A DNA stretch of 64,000 bases from Candidatus Azambacteria bacterium (GCA_016234725.1 JACRAK010000007.1:2121-66120); one strand, 5' to 3'; shown: positions 44,601 through 53,211, numbered from the stretch's first letter. Numbers and translations are program-made. Notes: generated by a model not told the origin, from the letters alone.

Positions 44601-45264
44601 TTTCATATCCGCAATTCAATTAGATCAGGAGTATCTGTACGGCTCACCACTACAAATCTGGTTTAGCGCCACTGACAGCGTGTCAGGCATAGTAAGCGTT
44701 ACCGCAACCATAAACGGCATTGAAATAACTAACGATCAAATTCTGGTTTTTGATAAGCCGGGTACCAATGTTTTTCAAGTGATAGCCGTGGATAATGATG
44801 GAAATCAAACTACTCTTACACAAACATTTGAAGTAATTCTTGGCGCAACCCTACGCATTGAACCAAAAACGTTGAATCTCTCAAGTAAAGGAAAATATAT
44901 TGAAGTTGGGATTCGACTCCCTGAACCGTACGATATAGCGGATATCACTGTCGCAACAATACGATTGAATGGAGCGGTTCCCGCCATTAAATCAGAAATA
45001 GAGGTTGAAAATGAGCAGGGAGTCCTTACCAAGACCCTCAAGGTAAAGTTTGTGCGTACCGAGGCGCAAAAAACGGTCATTGTTGGCAAAAACATAGTGC
45101 TTGTTTCCGGAAACTTAAACGACGGCACCAGATTCAAAGGAACAGATATTCTTACTGTTATCAACCAACCCCATAAAAAGCTTTCTTCCTTCTTTGATTT
45201 TTTTCTAACACTGTTTAACAAATTTAGTCTAGCTAATATCCTGTCGTCTTTCAAAATAAAATGA
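41683..45264 (+). CDS. large exported protein: 7 RCC1-type beta-propeller repeats, central Ig/beta-sandwich-like region, lytic transglycosylase (SLT) catalytic domain, C-terminal domains
   Basis: 7x HSLALKSDGTVWGWG.N..GQLG.GT; SLT motifs LILSIAAQESGL and GGIGIMQITS; N-terminal TM. Confidence 0.75.
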   Translation: MCPTHSNKMSVVAWRIICVALIAIIVFNGQKASAALIPFTADTNIAQHKIISAGGSHSLALKSDGTVWGWGWNGFGQLGNGTTISQSIPVQSKKYDGTHINNIVAISAGLAHSLALKSDGTVWAWGRGNSGQLGNGTLIFYDGLAKQVPGLNNIAAIAAGGNYSLALKSDGTVWGWGANYYGQLGDGTTTQQLTPIQVYGLTGIVALAAGDYHSLALKSDGTVWGWGYNFVGQLGDGTAATRLIPVQVKGLGGTGFLTDVIAITTGQNHSLALKSDRTLWGWGRNDFGQLGDGTTNHRYTPIQSTLIGITVISAKTDYSFALKSDGTVWGWGLNFGYLGIGTNSYRETLPVQVIGLTEITALATGSGHSLALKSDGTVWGWGENSWGQIGDGTAATRLIPVQVLMEAPLDIIPPDTVIISTIDGENNSIVNNGTTTSDSITLTFGGSDNVGIAGFECGFDNGTFISCVNPITLTNLSRDFHIFQVRAKDTTGNIDPTPPTFLWRIMLPQQFWSEIQNANKGLGLRTTPGTINKPANDILKVVPNNWAIKVIGAVDANGNNVDVDNYRWYKVEDMTDGTIGWMEVKNLSSGAVYLAYDPNSQADLQNKAAVQLSTAEQRKSIVLDAVDVYYTNPNTVDSLYGGGGGKDGLNNFQGFINGAAFPKELILSIAAQESGLSSNNEICSGAKDGGIGIMQITSPDLKGLGSGLDNIQKKYDCDAKTGWIGNFSKYYSNALQGIYANIKDGFRALQGKYRQKCPGENAIISGYTFTCQDIEKILTTWGYNGFAKDKATGLYTGNYLKYIADKLRNLNTYFAGIIYPNTDNLVEKLEVANNNKQVIRLYSPAVLQIVDTVGNITGVTGDIVHEDITNSLYEKDAEGAVIFFPHNRYRYRVIGTATGTYGFTVDFTKNGILKTFRATGIPITTGEIHEYLIDWDALDRGERGVTVSIDYNGDGITDQIIISDSVLTDIEPPFISAIQLDQEYLYGSPLQIWFSATDSVSGIVSVTATINGIEITNDQILVFDKPGTNVFQVIAVDNDGNQTTLTQTFEVILGATLRIEPKTLNLSSKGKYIEVGIRLPEPYDIADITVATIRLNGAVPAIKSEIEVENEQGVLTKTLKVKFVRTEAQKTVIVGKNIVLVSGNLNDGTRFKGTDILTVINQPHKKLSSFFDFFLTLFNKFSLANILSSFKIK

Positions 45265-45782
45265 GCTTGTTTTCTTCTTCCCAAAAGGGTTTTTCCCTCG
45301 TTGAACTGCTGATCTACATCAGCATCTTTTCGGTCATTTCCGCTATTTTTATCGGCGTGCTGTCGCACGCGACGCTCGGGTGGACACGCTCGAAAGTAGA
45401 GTCGGAAGTACAGCAGAATCTGCGTTTTGCGATGGAAGATATCGCCCGCACCGCACAGAAAGCGACATCCATTTCTTCGCCGTCCGTCGGAAGCTCGGCA
45501 AGCGCGCTCACCGCGGTCGTCGGCGGACAAACCATACAATACTCGCTTTCGGGCACCGTACTGCAAAAACAAACTGGCGCAAACCCCGTAGAAAATATCA
45601 CTACCGATAAAGTAAAGGTGACCTATCTTTATTTCAAAACGCTCCAAAACACCGCACTATCAAACACCGGCGTACAGGCGACCTCGACCCGATTTGCCAT
45701 GACCGTGGAGTATAATTCCGACAACAATCAATTTTTCTACACCGAGCATGCCACATCGACCGCAACGCTTAAAAACAGGTGA
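45261..45782 (+). CDS. pseudopilin / minor pilin
   Basis: KG/FSLVELLIYISIFSVISAIFIGVL. Confidence 0.8.
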   Translation: MSLFSSSQKGFSLVELLIYISIFSVISAIFIGVLSHATLGWTRSKVESEVQQNLRFAMEDIARTAQKATSISSPSVGSSASALTAVVGGQTIQYSLSGTVLQKQTGANPVENITTDKVKVTYLYFKTLQNTALSNTGVQATSTRFAMTVEYNSDNNQFFYTEHATSTATLKNR

Positions 45783-45783
45783 T

Positions 45784-45905
45784 CATGAAACATAGATCGT
45801 GAAACTTGAAACATGAAACATCAGGGCTTGAAACATATAACATATAACTTGAAACTGAGCGATTCAGGATTCACGTTTCAGGATTCACGTTTCAGGATTC
45901 ATGAA
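45784..45905. repeat. intergenic repeat block (cttgaaacatgaaac ... 3x caggattcacgttt ... aggattcatga) upstream of and overlapping the PilX-like gene start
   Basis: shares start and end motifs with 46341-46450 and the in-frame block in cca. Confidence 0.7.
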
Positions 45906-46340
45906 CGGGGCGCCGCTCTGCTTGCAACCACGCTTGCCGTTATCATCATCCTGCTTGCGATGGGTCTTTCCATGACATCATCGGGCCTGTTTGAAGGGCT
46001 TATGTCGCAGGCGCAAAGCGACTCGCGCGAGGCGTTCGCGGCCGCGCAATCGGGCGTCAAAGACGCTTATTTGCGCATCGCGCGCAATAAGGGCTTTTCT
46101 TCCGCGGGATATTATATCCCGTCCGATCCCTCCAATTGCACGCTCAACAGCTCTTCTTTGTGCACAAAAGTGATCGTGGAAAAAGACACCGCCGCATCAT
46201 GTTCCCAGTCGATCAGCGCCGGACAGGACTGCCTTATCGTTGCCGGAACGCTCAAAAATACGACGCGAACGATAGAGGTCATTTTGAATGTCAATACAAC
46301 TAATGGTAAAATAAGCGAAGTGTTGTGGAAGGAAATATAG
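45813..46340 (+). CDS. PilX-like minor pilin (non-canonical prepilin N-terminus ERGAALLATTLAVIIILLAMGL); start codon uncertain
   Basis: hydrophobic N-terminal helix after an ERG motif; pilus-cluster context. Confidence 0.55.
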   Translation: MKHQGLKHITYNLKLSDSGFTFQDSRFRIHERGAALLATTLAVIIILLAMGLSMTSSGLFEGLMSQAQSDSREAFAAAQSGVKDAYLRIARNKGFSSAGYYIPSDPSNCTLNSSSLCTKVIVEKDTAASCSQSISAGQDCLIVAGTLKNTTRTIEVILNVNTTNGKISEVLWKEI

Positions 46341-46450
46341 GTCTTGAAACATGAAACGTAAAACTTATAACTCAAAACTTAAAGCTTCAAGACTCGAGTT
46401 CAAGGTTTATGACACATGTTTCAAGTTTCACGATTTAAGATTCAAGATTC
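46341..46450. repeat. intergenic repeat block (cttgaaacatgaaac ... ttcaagattcaagattcatgga) upstream of pilM
   Basis: related to 45784-45905. Confidence 0.7.
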
Positions 46451-47932
46451 ATGGATTTAGCACAACTTTTTAAGCCGGTTGAAAAGATCGTCGGCATGGA
46501 GATCGCGCACGGGCGCGTGTGCGCGGTGTTGCTTGAAAAAGACAAAAAGGGCGTTGTTACCGGCACGAAAAAGGAAGCGGTGATCCCCCATGATATCGTC
46601 GCGGAGGACGGCACGGTACTCGACAAGCAAAAGCTCGCCCTAGCGCTCAAAACGATCTGGCACGCGGGAAAGGATGTTCTCAGATCAAAATATGTCATCG
46701 TCGCGCTCCCTTCGGCGCCGGTGTTCACCGATATCGTCAGATTCCCCAAGGTCACCCAAGAACAACTGAAAGAGGCGATGGAGCTGCATATGGCGACGAA
46801 AACATCGTTTCCCATCGACACGAATGATATTTATTACGACTGGCAGCCGCTCACCGCGCATAATGTGTATCATGAGGATGTTCTTTTGAGCTTCGCAAAA
46901 CAGCCGTATATCCGCGACTTCGCGGAAGCGTGCGAAGCGGCGGGGCTTGAGCCGCTCGCGTTCGAAACGCCGCAACCCGCGACCCTGCGCGCGATCACCA
47001 ACTTTGAGAAAAAAACCGGTTTGCTTATCCGCGTCTCGCAGGAATGCGCGGAATTTTCCATTGCTGCCGGCGCCGACCTATTCTTCACTCGCACCATACC
47101 GCTTCCTCCTTCGTACGATCTTGAAACGCTCAAAAACGCTCTTGCGACCGAAGCGACGCATGCGCTCAACTATTACGCGACGGAAAACCCCGAAGAAGCG
47201 CCCGTGACGACCGCTGTTCTTCTTACGCATGTGCCGCAAAAACAAGAGCTTGCCGCCCATCTTCGCACAGCGCTCGGCATCGAAATTGCAGATGCGCGGT
47301 TCGCTCATGATACCGCCATAGGGGACTCGTGCGCGGCGGCGTTCGGCGCTGCGTTGCGCGGGCTTGTCCGCAGAGAGGAGGACACGCTCATCAGCCTTTT
47401 GCCGATCGGCACCGAAGAAGCATATCGCAAACGGCGCTTTCTCGCTTATGTATCGCTCTGGTCTGATATCATCAATGCAACCGCGCTCCTCCTTGTCGTT
47501 CTGTTTGGCGCGACATGGTTTTTCGTCAATATTGCCTACACGAATGCGGTCCGCCAGACGACCCAGCTGAAAGCGGCATCGGGCGCAAGCACAAAGAGCG
47601 ACGAACTGGAACAAAACGCGCAGCGCTTCAATGCGGCGGTCGGGCGCATCACAGCGGCAAATGATACCATCATGCCATGGTCTCTTTTCATAGAAAAAAC
47701 ACTTCCCTCATTCACCAAAAACGACATCACCATGGAAAGCGTTTCATTTCCCTCATTCCGTTCCGACGGATCGCTTCAGATCACGGCGAAAACGCGCGCC
47801 AGCGCGATCGCATTCCGTAAAGCGCTGGAAGAAGATCCTCTGTTTTCCGAAGTGCACATGCCCTTCCTCAGCGTGACGCAAAAAGAGAACATCCTCCTTA
47901 CCATTACTTTCCGCTTCGCACCACAACCATGA
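46451..47932 (+). CDS. pilM: type IV pilus assembly protein PilM (actin-like ATPase fold) fused to a PilN-like TM/periplasmic segment
   Basis: N-terminal 350 aa PilM-like; TM at LLLVVLFGATWFFVNIAY then a periplasmic tail. Confidence 0.7.
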   Translation: MDLAQLFKPVEKIVGMEIAHGRVCAVLLEKDKKGVVTGTKKEAVIPHDIVAEDGTVLDKQKLALALKTIWHAGKDVLRSKYVIVALPSAPVFTDIVRFPKVTQEQLKEAMELHMATKTSFPIDTNDIYYDWQPLTAHNVYHEDVLLSFAKQPYIRDFAEACEAAGLEPLAFETPQPATLRAITNFEKKTGLLIRVSQECAEFSIAAGADLFFTRTIPLPPSYDLETLKNALATEATHALNYYATENPEEAPVTTAVLLTHVPQKQELAAHLRTALGIEIADARFAHDTAIGDSCAAAFGAALRGLVRREEDTLISLLPIGTEEAYRKRRFLAYVSLWSDIINATALLLVVLFGATWFFVNIAYTNAVRQTTQLKAASGASTKSDELEQNAQRFNAAVGRITAANDTIMPWSLFIEKTLPSFTKNDITMESVSFPSFRSDGSLQITAKTRASAIAFRKALEEDPLFSEVHMPFLSVTQKENILLTITFRFAPQP

Positions 47933-48483
47933 TCGAATACAAACTTCATGTCGCCCGGCAAGCGCTCCGGCTTACCCTCAAATCATTCGCGATCGCCATC
48001 GTAAGCGTGACGGCGCTCATATTTCTCGCCGGGGCCATCGCCCGCACCACCGACAGCGCCGTGCGCGCGCGGAACGACTTCACGATGCTTACGAAGAAAT
48101 TCGGCGCCATTGACCAGCTTACCCGCGACAACGATTCGCTCGCGGGCGTAACAGAAAAGCTCGAGAGCGCCATTCCCACGATGGACGACCTCACCCGCGT
48201 CGAAGAGTATCTTACGGTGACCGCCGTACAAACGACAAATGATATTACGATGCAATTTTCAGGAGGCGTAGGGCCGAGCGTCGGCAATGCGCTTGCCGAA
48301 CTTCCGCTTACCATTCAGCTTTCCGGGACACAAAAAACGCTTTCGGATTTCCTGCGCACGCTTGAAAGCGCACCCTATCTTATTTCCGTAAAAAGTGTCT
48401 CGCTTTCTTTTTCTGACAGCGCGCCGGATGCGGTCACCGCACAGATCGCCGCAACATTATTCCTTGAAACAAATTCCCGATGA
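47929..48483 (+). CDS. PilO-like inner-membrane pilus assembly protein
   Basis: single TM (FAIAIVSVTALIFLAGAIA), periplasmic domain; overlaps the pilM stop. Confidence 0.5.
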   Translation: MIEYKLHVARQALRLTLKSFAIAIVSVTALIFLAGAIARTTDSAVRARNDFTMLTKKFGAIDQLTRDNDSLAGVTEKLESAIPTMDDLTRVEEYLTVTAVQTTNDITMQFSGGVGPSVGNALAELPLTIQLSGTQKTLSDFLRTLESAPYLISVKSVSLSFSDSAPDAVTAQIAATLFLETNSR

Positions 48484-48743
48484 TAAAGATCGACCTCAAA
48501 AAAATAAAAGAGCTCAATTGGATCCTTTTTTTTAAACAGAATAAGTACTCTTTTATTTCCTTGTTCATGCTCGCGCTTTATTTCTATGCCACATTTTTTG
48601 CGGTCGTATTTATCGTAAAAAATGCCCGCCACGCTTTCGACATCGACGAGCAAGCGGCGGAGCGCACCGTCGTCACTTTCGACACCGAAGGATACGCTTC
48701 CATCGCGCGGCGCTTCGGGCACAGTACGGAGCCGAAAAATTAA
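48480..48743 (+). CDS. small membrane protein (87 aa), hypothetical
   Basis: overlaps the upstream stop; one TM segment. Confidence 0.35.
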   Translation: MIKIDLKKIKELNWILFFKQNKYSFISLFMLALYFYATFFAVVFIVKNARHAFDIDEQAAERTVVTFDTEGYASIARRFGHSTEPKN

Positions 48744-49708
48744 TTCTTGTCTTTTTCGTCCCGCTTGGTGTCGTGAAATTTTTTGTGGATCTCCTTGAGC
48801 TTGCTGTCGGTGTAATGCGTGTAGATCTGCGTCGTCGTGATGCTTGCGTGGCCGAGCATCGCCTGCACCGAGCGGATGTCCGCCCCGCCTTGCAAGAGGT
48901 CGGTCGCGAAAAAATGCCGCAGCTGATGCGGCGTCACTTTTTTTACCACGCCCGCTTTCGCGGCGTATTTTTTTATCATCCGCTGGACGGAGCGGGGAGT
49001 GAGGCGCAGATCGGCCTTCGTGTTTTGCTTGATATCGTGGCGCACAAACAGCGCGTCATCGATATCTTCGCGCGCATCGTCATACGCTTTGAGCGCTTCT
49101 TTCGCGCGGTCAGACAAAAACACGACGCGCAGTTTTCCTCCTTTGCCGAGCACCGCGAACTCTCCGGTAGCGAGATTGATGTTTTTGCGGGAGAGCGAAC
49201 ACAGCTCGGACACGCGCAATCCGGTTGAAAATAACGTCTCGAGCATCGCGCGGTCGCGCAGCGCGGTGATGTCATTTCCTTCGGGCGCGCTCAACAGGCG
49301 CTCCATTTCGGCTTGCTCGAGAAAATCGAGCTCGCGTTCGCGCACTTTCCCAAGTTCTATTTTTTCGGGGGCCAATGTTTTTACGTCGCGCTTTTGCAAA
49401 AACTTCAAGAACGAGCGCAGGGCTATCATATAATACGCCTGCGTATTCGCTTTCAGCCGCGCACCGCTATGGTCTTCTTTGCGATGCAAATGAAGCCGAT
49501 AGTTTCGCACGAGTTCGGACGTAATTCCTGCCGGGTTGTTTATTTTTGCGAATGTAATGAAGTGCACAAGATACCGCCGATAATTTTCAAGCGTTTTCGG
49601 CGAGCGGTTTTTTTCTATTTCAAGATATTCAAGAAAATCGTCGATGTATTTTTGCATGCTTCTATTATACCCCTCTCCTCTGTTTATAAAAAACAATAAT
49701 GACTTCAT
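48740..49708 (-). CDS. xerD: tyrosine site-specific recombinase, XerC/XerD family
   Basis: catalytic region HQLRHFFATDLL...GGADIRSVQAMLGHASITTTQIYTHY; N-terminal SAM-like core-binding domain. Confidence 0.85.
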   Translation of the reverse strand: MKSLLFFINRGEGYNRSMQKYIDDFLEYLEIEKNRSPKTLENYRRYLVHFITFAKINNPAGITSELVRNYRLHLHRKEDHSGARLKANTQAYYMIALRSFLKFLQKRDVKTLAPEKIELGKVRERELDFLEQAEMERLLSAPEGNDITALRDRAMLETLFSTGLRVSELCSLSRKNINLATGEFAVLGKGGKLRVVFLSDRAKEALKAYDDAREDIDDALFVRHDIKQNTKADLRLTPRSVQRMIKKYAAKAGVVKKVTPHQLRHFFATDLLQGGADIRSVQAMLGHASITTTQIYTHYTDSKLKEIHKKFHDTKRDEKDKN

Positions 49709-49762
49709 TCGCTTATATCCCCCGCGATCACCTTAGTAAGGGCACGATCCACAAACCGTTGA

Positions 49763-49804
49763 TAAAAGCCCGTATATGCGTTTTTCAAGCTATCGCTTGA
49801 AAAA
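49763..49804. promoter_or_regulatory. perfect 19-bp-arm palindrome (gtatatgcgtttttcaagc-tatc-gcttgaaaaacgcatatac) between divergent xerD and rpsO
   Basis: read directly from sequence. Confidence 0.6.
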
Positions 49805-49894
49805 CGCATATACTCATAAAAACACCTCTGCCATACCACCTACCGCCCCGCCTTGCATTATTAAACGATGTGTGATATAGTGCATTTCATTGCT

Positions 49895-50161
49895 ATGATC
49901 CCTACAAAAGAAAAGCAAAAACTCATTAAAGACGTGCAGGTGCACGAAACCGATACTGGATCTCCCGAGGTCCAGATTTCATTGCTTTCCGAGGAGATCG
50001 GTCGGCTGACCGACCATCTCAAAACGCATCAAAAAGACAACCATTCACGGCGCGGGCTGTTGAAAATGGTGTCAAAACGGAAATCGCTCCTCGATTATCT
50101 GAACCATACCGACAAAAAGCGGTACAACGGGATCGTGAAAAAACTCGGATTGCGCAAATAA
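49895..50161 (+). CDS. rpsO: 30S ribosomal protein S15; start moved to MIPTKEK
   Basis: [25 protein letters not shown]. Confidence 0.9.
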   Translation: MIPTKEKQKLIKDVQVHETDTGSPEVQISLLSEEIGRLTDHLKTHQKDNHSRRGLLKMVSKRKSLLDYLNHTDKKRYNGIVKKLGLRK

Positions 50162-50667
50162 TGCCGGTCATCAAACAAAAAAACCAGCGGGTGGGCATTT
50201 TTATCGATGTCCAGAACCTCTATCATTCGGCAAAGAACCTCTATCACGCGCGGGTGAATTTCCGTGAAGTGATCAAAAGCGCGCTCGCACAGCGCCAGCT
50301 CGTGCGGGCGATCGCCTATGTCATCAGCACCGAGTCGGGCGAAGAAAAAGGATTTTTTGAAGCGCTCGCGAAGCTCGGCATCGAAACGAGGGAAAAAGAA
50401 CTGCAGACATTCTACGGCGGCGCCAAAAAAGGCGACTGGGATGTCGGCATTACCGTCGATGCGCTGCGCATCGCACCGGCGGTGGACGCGGTCGTCATAT
50501 GTTCGGGGGACGGTGATTTTCTGCCGCTCATCGAACAGCTCAAAAGCATGGGCAAGCAGGCGGAAGTGGTGGCGTTCTCAAAGAGCGCGTCGTCGAAACT
50601 GCGAGAGGAAGCCGATGATTTCGTAGACCTGTGCGCCGATCAGCAAAAATATCTTTTCCGGAAATAA
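50161..50667 (+). CDS. NYN-domain (LabA-like, PIN-fold) protein
   Basis: VGIFIDVQNLYHSAKNL...DVGITVDAL...DAVVICSGDGDFLPLI. Confidence 0.8.
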   Translation: MPVIKQKNQRVGIFIDVQNLYHSAKNLYHARVNFREVIKSALAQRQLVRAIAYVISTESGEEKGFFEALAKLGIETREKELQTFYGGAKKGDWDVGITVDALRIAPAVDAVVICSGDGDFLPLIEQLKSMGKQAEVVAFSKSASSKLREEADDFVDLCADQQKYLFRK

Positions 50668-50948
50668 AGGCCGGCGTTTTGTGCGCTATCGGCTCATTCT
50701 CGCGCTTTTCTTTTATTTTTATCTTAACGGAAGTGCAGCCCTTCATTATTTTTTATATACAAGGGCGTGAATGGATTAAAATAAAAGAAAATCGCGAGGA
50801 TGAGCAGAAGAGTCTGTTTAAAAAAATAATTAAAAATAAGTAACGTCGCGGCGGGAGCAGAAGCCCAAATACAAAACCACAGCGTGAAGAGCGTTTTACC
50901 TTGTGGCTTTGGATTTCGGGATTCGATCTCTCTGCGAACACAAAATAC

Positions 50949-53066
50949 ATGGAAACGAAAGAATTTTCGCTCGCCCTTGGCAATAAGGCCATCGTCGTGC
51001 GCAAAAACTCGCTTGCGGGGCAGGCGAACGGGTCGGTGCTCGTCTCGTGCGGCGACACGGTGGTGCTCGCGACCGCGGTCATCAGCAAGAACGCAAAAGA
51101 AGGCATTGATTATTTTCCGCTCTCGGTTGAATACGAGGAGCGGTTTTACGCTGCGGGAAGGATCCCCGGCTCCCGGTTCATCAAACGGGAAACGCGGGCA
51201 TCACAGGAAGCAATCCTTACCGGCCGGCTTATCGACCGCACGCTTCGCCCGTTGTTTGATTCGGCGGTCCGCAATGAAGTACAGGTCATCGTGACCGTGC
51301 TTTCGATCGACCATGAAAACGACCCTGACGTGATCTCTATGGTCGCGGCATCTGCCGCGCTTGCCACCTCGAACATCCCATGGGCAGGCCCTATCGGCGC
51401 CGTGCGCATCGGGCGCGTGGACGGAACGCTTATTCTCAATCCGACATACGCGGAGCGGGAAAAGTCAGATATGGACATCGTGGTCGCGGGCATTCACGGC
51501 AGAGTAAATATGCTCGAGGGAGATGCCGCCCAGGTCGCGGAAGCAACGATCGTTGAGGCGATCACGCTTGCGCAAACGCATGTTGAAAAACTCATCGCGT
51601 TCCAAAACGATATCGTGAAAGCGATCGGCTCACAAAAGATCGCCGTTCCTGCAAAAGAAATCGATAAAGCATTCGTCGCATTCGTTGAATCGATCGTCCG
51701 CGCGGAGCTTGAAGAGATATTGTATCAACCGCACAAGCAAAAAAGATTGGACGCGCTCAATACGCTCAAAGATGCGCTCGCAGAAAAAGTCGCGCTCCAC
51801 TATCCTGATGACGCAAAGAAAGGAAAAGAAGCGATGAATTTGTTTGAAGAACTCATCAATGCGATCGTCCACGAAAACATTATTCATAAAGAGAAAAGGC
51901 CCGACGGAAGAAAGACCGACGAATTGCGGCATCTTTCAAGCTATGTTTCTTTTTTACCTCGTACGCACGGTTCCGGTATTTTCGTCCGGGGAGAAACACA
52001 GGTGCTTTCAGTGCTCACGCTTGGCGCTCCCGGCGACCAGCAGGTCATCGACACGATGGAAACAAAAGACGGCATGAAGCGCTTTATGCATCACTACAAT
52101 TTCCCGCCGTATTCGGTAGGAGAAGTAAAACCGTTACGAGGCCCGTCGCGGCGCGACGTTGGACACGGCGCACTTGCGGAACGCGCGCTTGCTCGTCTTA
52201 TCCCTCCGCAAATTGAATTTCCCTACACCATCCGCCTGGTCTCTGAAACACTGTCGTCCAACGGCTCATCGTCTATGGCATCGGTGTGCGCTTCGACGCT
52301 TGCACTTATGGACGGCGGGGTGCCGATCAAAGCGCTCGCGGCAGGCATCGCCATGGGCTTGATGTCCGATGACAAGGGAAACTATAAAGTGCTCACCGAT
52401 ATCCAGGGACCCGAAGATCATCATGGCGATATGGACCTGAAGGTCGCGGGGACAGAAAACGGCATCACCGCCTTACAGATGGATGTAAAAGTAGATGGGG
52501 TTACTATTGCGATCCTGGGCGAAACCTTCGCGCAAGCCAAAAAAGCCCGGCTTGAGATATTGTCGGTAATGAAAACCGCGCTTCCCGCGCCGCGCTCCGA
52601 GCTTTCCCAGCACGCGCCGCGCATTATTACGCTTCAGATCAACCCTGATAAGATCAGAGATGTTATCGGCCCCGGCGGCAAAGTGATCAACGAGATCATC
52701 AACTCGACCGGCGTATCCATCGACATTGAAGACGACGGTTCGGTATTCATCACCTCGGTCAACCAGGACTCGGCTCAAAAAGCGGTCGAATGGGTGAAAA
52801 ACCTCACCAGAGAGGCGAAAGTCGGCGAAGTATTCCAGGGCAAGGTGACGCGCATCATGGCGTTCGGTGCTTTTGTGGAGATCTTCCCAGGCACCGAAGG
52901 GCTCGTGCACGTATCGCAGCTCTCCGACAAATACGTAGGACATCCGGACGAAGTGGTGAAGATCGGCGACATCATCCCCGTCAAGCTCGTCGAGATCGAC
53001 TCGCAGGGGAGAATGAACCTCTCGCACAAAGTGCTGATACAAGCGGAGCAACGAAAGGAACAATAG
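50949..53066 (+). CDS. pnp: polynucleotide phosphorylase; start moved to METKEF
   Basis: two RNase PH domains, KH and S1; MDLKVAGTENGITALQMDVK. Confidence 0.9.
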   Translation: METKEFSLALGNKAIVVRKNSLAGQANGSVLVSCGDTVVLATAVISKNAKEGIDYFPLSVEYEERFYAAGRIPGSRFIKRETRASQEAILTGRLIDRTLRPLFDSAVRNEVQVIVTVLSIDHENDPDVISMVAASAALATSNIPWAGPIGAVRIGRVDGTLILNPTYAEREKSDMDIVVAGIHGRVNMLEGDAAQVAEATIVEAITLAQTHVEKLIAFQNDIVKAIGSQKIAVPAKEIDKAFVAFVESIVRAELEEILYQPHKQKRLDALNTLKDALAEKVALHYPDDAKKGKEAMNLFEELINAIVHENIIHKEKRPDGRKTDELRHLSSYVSFLPRTHGSGIFVRGETQVLSVLTLGAPGDQQVIDTMETKDGMKRFMHHYNFPPYSVGEVKPLRGPSRRDVGHGALAERALARLIPPQIEFPYTIRLVSETLSSNGSSSMASVCASTLALMDGGVPIKALAAGIAMGLMSDDKGNYKVLTDIQGPEDHHGDMDLKVAGTENGITALQMDVKVDGVTIAILGETFAQAKKARLEILSVMKTALPAPRSELSQHAPRIITLQINPDKIRDVIGPGGKVINEIINSTGVSIDIEDDGSVFITSVNQDSAQKAVEWVKNLTREAKVGEVFQGKVTRIMAFGAFVEIFPGTEGLVHVSQLSDKYVGHPDEVVKIGDIIPVKLVEIDSQGRMNLSHKVLIQAEQRKEQ

Positions 53067-53088
53067 GCATTGGCTTTGATGAGTGTGG

Positions 53089-53122
53089 AAAAGGCCGCGG
53101 GATGTTATCCGAGGCCTTTTTC
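53089..53122. terminator. rho-independent terminator after pnp (bidirectional)
   Basis: aaaaggcc-gcgggatgttatccga-ggccttttt. Confidence 0.7.
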
Positions 53123-53133
53123 TTTTTCCCTGC

Positions 53134-53211
53134 TTATTTTACGCAGAGAGGGCATGTGCCTGCGCCGGCGCAGGCAGTGCAACTGATACCACAACCATTC
53201 CCTTTCTTCAT
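53134..53211 (-). CDS. 25-aa Cys-rich mini-ORF MKKGNGCGISCTACAGAGTCPLCVK with a near-ideal SD; candidate small protein / RiPP-like precursor, or a chance ORF over a GC palindrome
   Basis: GGAGGTG 5 nt upstream of the ATG; Cys pattern C-x3-C-x2-C-x5-C-x2-C; the ORF spans the 18-bp palindrome gcctgcgccggcgcaggc; terminator just downstream. Confidence 0.35.
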   Translation of the reverse strand: MKKGNGCGISCTACAGAGTCPLCVK

